In this document: piece by piece, positions 13,513 through 24,530 of the stretch
Layout of the letters: each line of letters starts with the position of its first letter
How positions within the stretch are numbered: position 1 is the stretch's first letter
Assembly: GCF_964204645.1 (NCBI RefSeq)
Contig: NC_134030.1
Location: 14,632,110-14,696,109 of the forward strand
DNA: 64,000 nucleotides
Origin: Tubulanus polymorphus
Lineage: Eukaryota > Animalia > Nemertea
Direction of reading: 5' to 3'
Translations under genes and position numbers: made by a program
Notes under the pieces: generated by a model
The model's database searches: none
Seen by the model: the letters and a program-made list of their open reading frames with translations, nothing else
What the model was told of the DNA's origin: nothing

Positions 13513-14760
13513 ATGAGTGGGAGTTATATAAGTCCTTCGAAGAATCATAGAATATCTAATGCTATTAAAGCAGAAAGATCACATCATATAATTACTCATA
13601 ACCCTTCTAATATTAATCCCGATGAAACTTTATATGTTAGAATTCCGAGATTAACACAAAATACTTTTTACGTTCCAAATAGTATTTATTTATCTGCCGA
13701 TATAAAAGTAATCGGTTATAATAATAATTATGTTGTTGATAATGTTGGAAGATATTTGATTAAAAAATTAACTATAAAGATTGGTCCAGAAACAGTTTTC
13801 TCATTAGATGATTATAATTTATTTATGCATTATAAAGATTTATGGTTAACTAAAGAAAATAGAAATAATATGATATTTCAAGGCATCCAATCAGAAAACC
13901 AAAATAAATTAAGATCACAAGCTAATAGCGCAATATAAACTAATGCTGTAGATAAATTGATAAAAAGTATATATGGAAGCAAATATAAAATTCCATTAGA
14001 CTTTGAATTGATAAATAACAATGCACCTTTATAAAAATACGCAATTCAAGAAGACGTTATATTCGAAATAACATTTGCTCCTGTAAATGAAATTGTAATA
14101 TCTAGCGTTAATAAAGATATGAGTTATAAATTATCGAATATATGTTTAGAATATGACACAGTAACTGATGAAAATATTTCAAGTATAATTCAAACTCAAT
14201 ACAATCAAGGATTTTCATTATTATATGATTATATTGATAAATTTAAAACTGTAACTATTAATGCAAATGATGAAATTATTAATGAGAATATTAACTTCCC
14301 AAGAAGATCTATTAAAGATATATTAATATTTTTTACCATTGCAACATATACTAATGGAGCAATAAATGTTGATAATTATTATAATCCTGAAATAACAAAA
14401 GTAGAAATAACTATCGAAGGAATAGCATATAAAATATTTTGTCAAGGAATGAGAATGATTGATCAATGGCCAGAAATTAGAAAACATTTTATGAATGAAA
14501 AAGTGAAATCATCTGAAAATTGTAACGTTATTCAAATTGATTATTATACCGGTAATAAATATGCATTATGGTTAGATTTTAGAACAACAGAGGATAATTC
14601 ATTACATGGTTCTGGAAAAAAACTACAGAACACTAAAGATGGAATACAATTATTCATGACAAAGAATAAAGGAATCAAGAATTTCAAAATGCACATTTAT
14701 ATCATATCTGACGCGCAATTAAATATTGTAAATTCTCAATTGAATAGTGTTATGTATTAA
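13513..14760 (+). pseudogene. Major capsid protein (double jelly-roll, hexon-like), interrupted by premature stops
   Basis: Collinear with the intact 415-aa ORF 36713-37960; in-frame TAA at ~13936 and ~14032. Confidence 0.8.
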
Positions 14761-14793
14761 AATTTTAACTTTAATAAAATATTTATATAATAA

Positions 14794-15678
14794 ATGGAAG
14801 GAGGTAAAGTATATAAACATATTCCATACATCGATACACATGAAAATAATGATGGTTTATATTATGTAATACCTTGTAATATAGCTTTGATATTTGATCC
14901 TATTTTCAAAATTTATAAAACTAAACTAATAGAAATCGATAATAATAAAAGTGGTGTTGTTGATAATTTAAGTAATGTAATTGATAATAATGTAATACCT
15001 TCTACATCTAATAATGTAATACCTTCTACATCTAATAATGCAATACCTTCTACATCTAATAATGCAATACCTTCTACATCTAATAATGCAATACCTTCTA
15101 CATCTAATAACGTAATACCTTCTACATCTAATAATGTAATACCCTCTACATCTAATAATGAAATAATATTAAATGTTAGTGAAAATAGAAATTATTGTGG
15201 ATATTGTAAAAGTGAATTTTCAAACGCTACATCAAATTGGAATAAACATATGAATACAAGGGTACATATAAATAATGTTATAGAACGTGTTGGTTTAAAA
15301 GAATTTATAGAACACCCATTTAGATATGTTACAAAGTTTGTTTCAAATCAAAAAAGTAAATAGTGAAAAGATATATGAAGATTTATTATTAGCAACACCT
15401 AATAAAGATGAATTAGATCTAACCGATGCTAATGAAATATTAGGATCAAACACTGTAAATGAAATATTAGGAGCAAACACTAATAAAGATTCTATGAAAC
15501 ATAAAGTAGAAAATAACGATAAATTTGATTGGATGAATAAGCATAACAATGAAACAACTATTGATGATGCGGTAAAAAGGTGAAAAATAAGTATAAAAAT
15601 AATAGAGAATTTGAAGAAGAAAATTCGGTAGAGAATTTGAATAAATTGTTAGGGGGGTCTGATAGTGAAAGCGATTAA
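14794..15678 (+). pseudogene. Polinton hypothetical protein with NNVIPSTS tandem repeats and a C2H2-like finger, frameshifted near 15360
   Basis: 24-bp unit repeated about 7 times (~14985-15160); CGYC...HMNTRVH motif; homolog at 37993-38962. Confidence 0.65.
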
Positions 15679-16223
15679 GATATTAATTATATTTAACTCA
15701 AAAAAGAATAAGGGTTGAAAATTGTATAAAATAATAGTAAATAAAAAAGGGGGTTTTAAGTATTTAAGGTATTTACGGTATCTAATACATATCTAATACA
15801 ATCTAATACATAAAATATCTTATTTTATAAACTGATATTCATATGGAAATTGAAACCTTAGTAATAATAAATAACCTTTATTATTTTCAAACATATTCAT
15901 ATATTAGTTGAAAAAATAAAAATAAATTGGTTGAAAATTGTATAAATAATATTTATTTTTAAAAAGAGGGTTTTAAGTATTTAAGGTATCCAATATGGTA
16001 TCAGGTATTAGGGTATCTAATAGGGTATCTAATAGGGTATCTAATAGGGTATCTAATACATAGGTAAATTTTAAACATATTTCAATATTTATATTTGTAT
16101 GAGTTAGATTTTTAAACATTAAAAGTGTTAGTAAAGTTTTATTGAAATAATTCATATATATTCATGAATAACATATAAATGAATAACTTCTAAAATCAAT
16201 TTAGTAAAAAATATGTATAATAA

Positions 16224-16877
16224 ATGGAACCAGAACAACCACAAATTATCAATATTACAAATAACACTGGTGTTATAAATATATATTACAAGAAGTGTTC
16301 TAAATGTGAATTAGATAAATTAGCTATAACAGAATTTAATAAGCGTAAGATTAGCAAAGATGGTTTTCATTATTGCTGTAAAACTTGTACTAAACTATAT
16401 ACCAAACAATATCGAGAAGATAATAGAGAAGCTTATAATGATTATATGACAGAATATATGAGAGAAAGATATCAAACAGATCTTAATTTTAGATTGAAAC
16501 AATGCTTAAGATCTAGATTAACACAATTATTCAACAAAGAAACACATTCAGAAACACTATCTAATTTATTGGGTTGTTCAGATGAATTTTTCATATCATG
16601 GATAATATATCAATTCGATGATAAAATGAATATAGATAATTATGGTGAATACTTTCATATTGATCATGTGTTACCAATATCTAAATTTAACATGAATGGT
16701 GAATACAATAAAAAACTTATTTGGAGTTGGAAAAATTTAAGACCTTTAGAAAAGAAGGAAAACATAATTAAATCTAATAAACTAGATATACAGTTATATT
16801 TAGATCAACTGGATAAAGCAAAGACATTTGTTGAATTATGGAACTCAACACATAATGAAAAATACGTTGAAGCTTGA
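16224..16877 (+). CDS. HNH endonuclease-like protein with N-terminal Cys zinc finger (resembles giant-virus-type HNH proteins)
   Basis: CSKC...CCKTC and LLGCS...NYGEYFHIDHVLP...NLRPL...EN..KSNK motifs. Confidence 0.7.
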   Translation: MEPEQPQIINITNNTGVINIYYKKCSKCELDKLAITEFNKRKISKDGFHYCCKTCTKLYTKQYREDNREAYNDYMTEYMRERYQTDLNFRLKQCLRSRLTQLFNKETHSETLSNLLGCSDEFFISWIIYQFDDKMNIDNYGEYFHIDHVLPISKFNMNGEYNKKLIWSWKNLRPLEKKENIIKSNKLDIQLYLDQLDKAKTFVELWNSTHNEKYVEA

Positions 16878-18021
16878 GCGCTTAGAAAACCGGTTACTCT
16901 CGATCTATGTCAAACCGCCTATATGTAATTGTATTAGGTTGTTTACAAAAGCATCTGTCGCACGTTATATTCAGTTGAATAGGGTGTATCTCATTTGAAT
17001 ATTGATCGAATGTGCTATTTCAGTTGAAAAGGATTAATCAATTACATCACAAAGGATGGAACATATGTTGCTCAGACAGTGTTTAGCTAGTGAATAACTG
17101 GCGTTATAAGGGCGCAGCACATAAGCATAGGAACGCATAGGATATTCTCTCTATAAACACAATTTTAGGAGTTTACAGTTATAAATGTAAGTACTGTTTT
17201 TGTTGTTATTAAGGCGTTGGGAAACGTTAAACATGTAAAACTTATCCTGGTAAGATGCGCCACGAATGGCTATGTTTAAGTGCTGTAATTAATATTTTAC
17301 AACTACAACTTCAAGTTAGTTTTATTCTACGTTAGATATTTATCTTTTAGATAACAAAATGAAGGCCATTGAATCAAGAAAGTGAAGATAGATGGATGTG
17401 GAATCAGAAATAATGGATATTTCAACTCATGAGAGTGTAGCAGTTTAGCCATACTGTATAGGCTTCCAATGCATTACGTTTGTCGGAATTTCAATTGCGT
17501 CATTAAGCTGTTGTTAATGTCACACAGTGACAGATGTTGTATTGTATTTTATTGATTCCTGCATTCCACGCATACCTTACCGCTCATAAAATGCGCGGCT
17601 TGGAATGTGGAAATCGATAATGATTGTAGAATAAAATATATGTGTTTATGAAATAGTATTTCCACCAGTCGTTTCTTTGAATTTATTTTCAGTTTTAGGA
17701 TTTATTATCGAGAATCCGAAATGACTTATCTGGACAGTTATAATTACTGCTCCTATAGATAAACAATAGTAGTGAGATAATCTAAATCCTAATTTAAATA
17801 AAAAGTATTTAAAAAACAATAACTTCAACTAGCTAGTGAATTCTATTATATTTTTAATATTTTCTTTTCAAAAGAGAATACTTTATATTTTGAATAGATT
17901 CAAATAGAAATTCTTTAAATTCAAATAGCTAGTACCAGTAGTCAATACTAGAATTCTTTAACTTTAACTATCTAGTATCAGAATACTTATAATATTTTTT
18001 TATTAAATTTCTCTAATATAA

Positions 18022-18624
18022 ATGTCAAAGAAATCTAATAAGAATAGTATTGATATTGAAAAAACATTAGATGATTTGGGCATAAATGATAATAAAGATA
18101 CAGTTGTTTCTAATTCTATTCAAGTTAATAACAATATTGATTATGAATACTATTTATATTGTAAGCATCATCTTCAATTATTAATTGCTGGCGGGATATC
18201 TAAGGATTTCTTAGGAAAATTTTTAACTTATCAAGAACTAGATGCTATGAAACCAGATAAAGTAATAAAATATTTTAAGATTTATGAAGAAGCTAGATTA
18301 GCCCGAATAAATGATTCTATTTCAGATGGTATTGTCAAATGTTACTCTAAGTTATGTAACCGGTTAATACCATTTGATGATGAAAATAAATTATATAGTG
18401 ATTTGAAAAATGACTACTTAGTTATGACTGAATTACAAAAATGGGTCGGATATGCTTCATTCCAATTAGGATCGGTTATGACATTAATTTCTACTGGTGT
18501 CATAACTTTTTCGAATATCAAGCCTATGGAATATAAATCAGGTAAGAACGAAACAGATGTACTACAACCAAACGTCGAAACAGAAAATGAATCAGAACAA
18601 AAATTAACTAAAATAAATGAGTGA
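18022..18624 (+). CDS. Polinton hypothetical protein with a hydrophobic segment
   Basis: Intact 200-aa ORF conserved with 41272-41856. Confidence 0.7.
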   Translation: MSKKSNKNSIDIEKTLDDLGINDNKDTVVSNSIQVNNNIDYEYYLYCKHHLQLLIAGGISKDFLGKFLTYQELDAMKPDKVIKYFKIYEEARLARINDSISDGIVKCYSKLCNRLIPFDDENKLYSDLKNDYLVMTELQKWVGYASFQLGSVMTLISTGVITFSNIKPMEYKSGKNETDVLQPNVETENESEQKLTKINE

Positions 18625-18976
18625 TGGCGTAAAGAAAAAGGCTAGATCAGAGAAACAAATTAAATGGGCAAGAGAATTAGGTAAAAGATCTTCAGAATTA
18701 AAAAAAGCTAAGAAAAAGAAATTAACTGATATAAATGAATCACCTGATATTGATTCAAATAATAATCCATCTGATTCTTCTAATGCTGGAAGTAATTATA
18801 AATTATATATTACAATTGGATTAGTAACAGTTATTATATTATCCGGTGTAATATATAAATCAAAATTCAAATCTGATGATAAAGATGATTCCAATGATGA
18901 TAAACCTATTATACCAGAAAATAAGTCAAATCATAAAGCCATTGAAACTAAATCTAAATTATTATTAATGGATTAA
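18617..18976 (+). CDS. Small basic single-pass membrane protein
   Basis: Basic N-terminus and TM segment YITIGLVTVIILSGVIY; conserved with 40884-41279. Confidence 0.7.
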   Translation: MSDGVKKKARSEKQIKWARELGKRSSELKKAKKKKLTDINESPDIDSNNNPSDSSNAGSNYKLYITIGLVTVIILSGVIYKSKFKSDDKDDSNDDKPIIPENKSNHKAIETKSKLLLMD

Positions 18977-18982
18977 AATAAG

Positions 18983-20095
18983 ATGAAAAAAGAACAATAT
19001 TTAAGAGATTTATATTATAACCCAGAAAGTGAAGTATCATATTCTAACGTTTCAGAATTATGGAATAAAATTAAATCTGATAATGAAAATGGTGCCGTAC
19101 GGCACCCACATGGTGGTATAAAATATAGTGAATTAAAATCATGGTTACAAAATCAACCAACATATCAAATCCACAAGAAAATGGATAAAACTTATTTAAC
19201 AAGAAAAGTTATGGTTTCATATATTGATCAACAATGGCAAGCAGATTTAATTGACATGAAGAATTTAGAGGAATACAACAAAGGATATTTCTGGATATTA
19301 AATGTTATAGACATATTCAGTAGATACGCATGGTCAATTCCAATCAAAAATAAAACTGGTATAGAAGTGACAAATGCTTTTAAATTTATATTTAAAGAAG
19401 CTATTCCAGATAAGATACAATTTGATGAAGGTAAGGAATTTTATAACAAACATTTTAAAAAACTATTATCTGATAACGATGTAGATAATTTTTCAACACA
19501 TTCAGATAAAAAAACATCTATTTTAGAAAGATTTAATAAAACATTGAAAACTAGAATGTGGAAATATTTTACTGCTAATGAAACATATAAATATATCGAT
19601 GTGTTAGACGATTTAGTGAAAGGTTATAATAATTCTAAACATTCAAGTATTGGTATGAAACCTATACAAGCTAGAAAAGAAGATAATTCAGAAATAGTTT
19701 GGAATAATTTATATGGCGCATTTGTTACACATGATTTCGGTGAACCTAAATTTAAAATAGGACAACACGTTAGAATATCTAAATATAGAAAAACATTTTA
19801 TAAAGGTTATACCCCTAATTTTACAGAAGAAATATTCAAGATTAAAATGATAATATTAACTAAACCTTTTGTTTATAAACTAGAAGATCTAAAAGATGAA
19901 GAAATATTAGGTTATTTTTATGAACAAGAATTATCACTTGTACCAAACCCAGATGAAATAGAATACAAAATAGAAAAAGTATTGAAAACAAAAACTCTTA
20001 AAGGAAAAAAGTATTCTTTGGTGAAATATAAAGGATACGATGATAAATTTAATGAATGGATTTTATCTAGTAAAATTAAAAGAATAAATGAATAA
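18983..20095 (+). CDS. Polinton retroviral-like (RVE) integrase with C-terminal chromodomain
   Basis: WQADLID, VIDIFSRYAW, IQFDEGKEF and ERFNKTLK (DDE core); YKIEKVLK...VKYKGYDDKFNEW (chromo-like). Confidence 0.92.
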   Translation: MKKEQYLRDLYYNPESEVSYSNVSELWNKIKSDNENGAVRHPHGGIKYSELKSWLQNQPTYQIHKKMDKTYLTRKVMVSYIDQQWQADLIDMKNLEEYNKGYFWILNVIDIFSRYAWSIPIKNKTGIEVTNAFKFIFKEAIPDKIQFDEGKEFYNKHFKKLLSDNDVDNFSTHSDKKTSILERFNKTLKTRMWKYFTANETYKYIDVLDDLVKGYNNSKHSSIGMKPIQARKEDNSEIVWNNLYGAFVTHDFGEPKFKIGQHVRISKYRKTFYKGYTPNFTEEIFKIKMIILTKPFVYKLEDLKDEEILGYFYEQELSLVPNPDEIEYKIEKVLKTKTLKGKKYSLVKYKGYDDKFNEWILSSKIKRINE

Positions 20096-20699
20096 AGATT
20101 TATTTATATTTGAACCGCATAATATGTTAGTTACTGGAGTAACCAATTGTGGTAAAACACATTTCATATTAGATTTGTTAGAAACTATTTATAAGAATCA
20201 TTTTGATAATATGATATTATTCTGTCCTACTTATGAAATGAATGAAACATATAATAGAGATATAGTTAAGATGAAAAAGTTTATTATATTCGACCCTAAA
20301 ACAGTAAAAGAAAATTTAGATAATTGTATAAAAATAGCAATTGATACTTATAAAGGATCAAATAAATTATTCATTATAGATGATTGTGCAAATTTACATG
20401 ATTCAAAAGTGAGAGAAAGTGAGTTATGTTATTTAGCTTTCTCTGGGAGACATTTTGGGATAACAACATGGGTTTTAAATCAAAAATATAATTCAATTGT
20501 TAAAGAGTTTAGGGAGAATATAAGATTTCTAGTTTTATTTTATAACAAAGATAAAAAATCTATGCAACAATCATTGGAAGAAAATCAAATTATACCCACT
20601 GAATTACATGATGAATATATGAATAAATTAAAGAATAATAAAGGTTCAAAATTATTACTGAGACTACAATTTCCATATGAATATAAATTTATAAAATAA
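20088..20699 (+). CDS. A32/FtsK-like DNA packaging ATPase
   Basis: Walker A GVTNCGKT, Walker B FIIDD, and GRH...Q motif. Confidence 0.9.
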   Translation: MNKDLFIFEPHNMLVTGVTNCGKTHFILDLLETIYKNHFDNMILFCPTYEMNETYNRDIVKMKKFIIFDPKTVKENLDNCIKIAIDTYKGSNKLFIIDDCANLHDSKVRESELCYLAFSGRHFGITTWVLNQKYNSIVKEFRENIRFLVLFYNKDKKSMQQSLEENQIIPTELHDEYMNKLKNNKGSKLLLRLQFPYEYKFIK

Positions 20700-20789
20700 C
20701 TATCTATATATCTATTCTATAAGAGCTTACACTTTTATATTGAATAATCTGTCAATTTAAATGTTATTCATTTACATGAATATTTTAAG

Positions 20790-21199
20790 AGTAATAGGGG
20801 TAATTGGCTTTCAGGTTAAAGGTTGAATGGTCGAGTTCATTAAAAACAAATATTAAAAGTAATTTAAAACTATAATATATTTTCATAACCGTGTGTATTT
20901 CAGTTGAATAATAGAATTATTATTATTATTTGAATATATTTGATTATATGAATTTGTGTATTGTAAATAAATCAATTGGTCGCGAAGCGGAGCGGTAGCG
21001 AAGTGGAGCGACCAATTGATTTAATACAATATGCTTTTAAAATTTAAATTATTGATATCTTAGAATAAATATTTAGTTATAATATAAAATACACACGGTT
21101 ATGAAAATATATTATAGTTTTAAATTACTTTGAATGTTTTGTTTTTTAATGAGCTCGACCCTTCGACCTTTGGCCTGAAAGCCCATTACCCCTATTACT
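20790..21199. repeat. Palindromic terminus of Polinton copy A (~410-bp imperfect palindrome)
   Basis: AGTAATAGGGGTAAT...ATTACCCCTATTACT with central stem AAATCAATTGGTCGC/GCGACCAATTGATTT. Confidence 0.93.
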
Positions 21200-24100
21200 C
21201 ACCTATGGACAGATGGGTGGTCACTTGACCAATCCCTCAGCAGTGAGGGGGATTTGGGTCAGCTTACTCGACCCCCGGAGGTGTCTGTCACACATGTGGA
21301 CTACCCTCAGACATCTGCTGACATTGGGATACCGGAAATAGATATGTCAGACTCGGACCTTTCCCCATCACAGAAAGCGAAACTTCTTGAACTAATACGA
21401 TCGTATCGGGACATTTTTGCACGAACACCGGACGAACTTGGTAAAACTGACTTAGTCAAACACGTCATTGACACAGGGGACGCGGCCCAAATTCGGAAAA
21501 GGCATTATAGAGCCTCTCCGGCCATGCAAGAAGTTATTGACACGCATGTCAAACAGATGTTAGACATGGGGATAGTTCAGCATAGTACTAGCCCATGGGC
21601 TGCCCCGGTCGTTCTCGTTCGGAAAAAGAGCCCGGACGGAGATGTCAAGTGGAGATTCTGTGTTGACTATCGGGGATTGAATGCTGTCACCTGTTCAGAC
21701 TCCCCTGAGAGACTCCCCTGAGACTTTCCCCTGCCTAGAATCGATGATCTCTTGGGTCAGGTTGGTCAAGCGGCACCTACATTCTTTAGCTCACTTGATT
21801 TTCTGAGTGGCTACTGGCAAGTTGAAGTTGACGAGGCCAGTAGGGATAAGACTGCTTTTATAACACAGTCGTCTTTTTTGGAATTTAAGGTACTCCCATT
21901 TGGTCTGAAATCGGCGCCATCTACCTTTCAGAGGTTGACTGGTGGTCTGCTGAGAGACTTGGTTGGGAAATTTTGTCTAGTATATTTGGACGATATTATC
22001 TGTTACTCGAATTCTTTTGATGGTCATTTAATTCACCTGGCTCAAATTTTCGATCGATTTCGTGAGTCAGGCCTTCGCCTAAATCCCAAGAAATGTCGGT
22101 TTGCTGTCAAAACCAGTGAATTCCTTGGACATCGAATATCAAAGGATGGGATCGCTACTGATCCGGAAAAGGTAGCTGCTGTACAGGAATGGCCTATTCC
22201 CACAAACCTCAAGGAACTACGCAGTTTTCTGGGTTTTACAAATTAATATAGGCGATTTTGTAGAGGTTACAGCTCTATCGCCGCCCCTTTACACCAGTTG
22301 ACTAAGAAAGGCGTGGCGTATACATGGGATGCTTCCTGTTAGCAGGCTTTTGACACCCTTAAGCAAGCTATGCTCGAAGCCCCAGGTTTGGCCTTTCCCA
22401 TTTATGGGGCCTCGCCATTCTTATTATATACCGATGCATCAGATGATGGAATCGGTATGGTGTTGGCGCAGGTCCAGGATGGACAGGAAAGGGCAATTGC
22501 CTATGCCGGCCGTGGATTAAATAGGGCAGAAAGGAATTATTCCACAACCGACCGTGAACTCTTAGCTGTTGCGGCGGGGGTCAAAAAGTTTGAACCCTAC
22601 TTACGGGGATATCATTTTGAGATTATCACAGACCACAGTTGCTTACGGTACTTCAGACCATGAAAACACTTTCGGGTCGTGTTGGCCGTATTGCACTCTA
22701 CTAATAGCAATTTGACTACTCCATATCGCATCGTCCAGGCAAGGCAAACGGGAACGCCGATGGGCTCTCTCGTCGCCCGTATCCCATTTCTGATCGTATG
22801 GAAGACACTATCGACACGTGTGCTCTCGAGGCTGACAATGAGCGGCCTGTGCCCGTCAACATGGGCGAGCTCCAGCGGTCTGATTTACAATTAGTGTGTC
22901 TTTTAGACTATTTACTTGATGGTACCTTGCCAGATGATGACAAGGAAGCCCGGAGAATTATCTTGCAGTCAGACTACTTCTTTGTTAATGATGATGGAGT
23001 TCTTTACCATGTAGACTCTAAAAAGAAAATTGAGGCTGATGGGCCTCGCCAGTTGGTCATCCCTAAAAGAATGTATGCGGAAATGTTAGAGGCTGGTCAT
23101 GATTCAATGACTGGCGGTCACTTGGGTCACAAACGGACCTACGAAACCTTGCGAGCAAGGTATTATTGGCCTGGTATGTATCGAGATGTTGAAAATTGGA
23201 TTATATCCTGTAAGGACTGTGCGACTAAGAATCAGCCAGGGAAGCCCATTAGGGCCCCGGTTAACCCCATAGCTGTCACAGGGCCGTGGGATAGAGTCTC
23301 AATGGATGTCTGTGGTCCTCTCCAACAACGGACTCGGGAAATAAATACATATTGGTCTTTGTCGACTATCTTACAAAGTGGGTTGAAGCTTTTGCTATGC
23401 CTAATCAAGAAGCCACGACGGTCGCTACGATCTTCTATGAACAAATCATTTGTCGCCATGGGGCGCCCTCTGTCTTGCAGAGCGATCGCGGAACAAATTT
23501 CCTGAGTAAATTAGTCAGCGAGGTTTCGCGGCTATGTAATACGCCACGGGCACGGTCCAGTGCGTATAGACCACAAACTCAGGGACAAGTCGAGCACATG
23601 AATCTTGTGATTGTCAAGGCTCTGAGCATGTACTGCAATGAACGCCAAACCGATTGGGACGAATACCTTTACCCCATTCTATTTGCATATCGGGTAAGTC
23701 CAGCTTCGGATACGTCGCAATACTCGCCATTCTACCTCATGTATAGCCGAGAACCGAGGTTGCCGATGGGCGTTGCTTTACTTAATCCGAGGGACGTTTA
23801 CTTTGATGCAGGAGGCTTTGTCCAAGCAATGTTGCCAAAGTTGAAAGAGGCCAGAAAGTTAGCCAAGGCTAATATCAAAAAGGCGCAGGGGAAGATGAAG
23901 GAACGTTTCGACAGGACTGCCGTTCCTCCAAATTTCGCAGTAGGTGATCAAGTGTTGCTATTCACTCCAAAGAAAATAAAGAGGCTTAGTAAGAAATTGC
24001 TTCATCAATGGACGGGCCCTTATCGAATTGTCCGACAGATTTCTCCTGTATCTTTCATTTTGGAGAATGAGAGGAATCAAGAGTTGGCCGCCCAATACAT

Positions 24101-24484
24101 TGTAATAGAATGAAGCATTTCTTTTCAACGGACATTAGGCCGCTTGAGGACGACATACCTGAGAATCCACCTATTGACAGGGAGGACAGGGATCAACCTG
24201 AGGAGGGGCCTGTGCTCGCACCGGATGATCCGGGCGATCAAAATCAGCCTGCGAATCCGGTTGAGCCAATCTATTACGTAGAACGAGTGATTCGTCACAA
24301 AAAAGAGAAAGGCATTCTGAAATATCTTATAAAATGGGTTGGCTATGACGATAGTGAGAACACGTTTGAGCCAGCCGAAAACCTGCCTCCTGAAATCATT
24401 CGAGCCTATTGGGATGACCATGCCGCTAAAGTGAAGCGAAAAACTCGTAAAAATAAGAAGAGACGTCGAGAAAGAGACGACTAG
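21200..24484 (+). pseudogene. pol: Gypsy/Ty3 (Metaviridae) pol: PR-RT linker, RT, RNase H, integrase, GPY/F and chromodomain, disrupted
   Basis: SPWAAPVVLV..WRFCVDYRGLN, YLDD, YTDAS...ERNYSTTDRELLA, H...H...C..C zinc finger, SDRGTNF, WTGPY and YLIKWVGYDDSENTFEP. Several frameshifts, including a 13-bp duplication at ~21698-21724. Confidence 0.93.
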
Positions 24485-24498
24485 TACGTGGTTTCTAG

Positions 24499-24529
24499 AT
24501 TACTGATTCTTGCTATCCCTATTTTTCAG
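24499..24529 (+). promoter_or_regulatory. Putative splice acceptor for a subgenomic env mRNA
   Basis: CTGAT branch-point-like motif, pyrimidine tract and TTTTTCAG immediately before G-ATG at 24531. Confidence 0.55.
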
Positions 24530-24530
24530 G

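Larger units (their letters stand above)
12470..21199 (+). mobile_element. Polinton/Maverick (adintovirus-like) copy A, 5'-truncated and decayed
   Basis: Contains homologs of copy B genes (MCP, HNH, integrase, ATPase) and ends in the same palindromic terminus ...CCCCTATTACT at 21199. Confidence 0.9.

Noticed and set aside
17646-17828. Small conserved minus-strand ORF in the Polinton intergenic region
   Set aside because: The DNA is conserved with ~42060-42240, but the start is non-ATG and the frame is not clearly preserved; more likely regulatory sequence.
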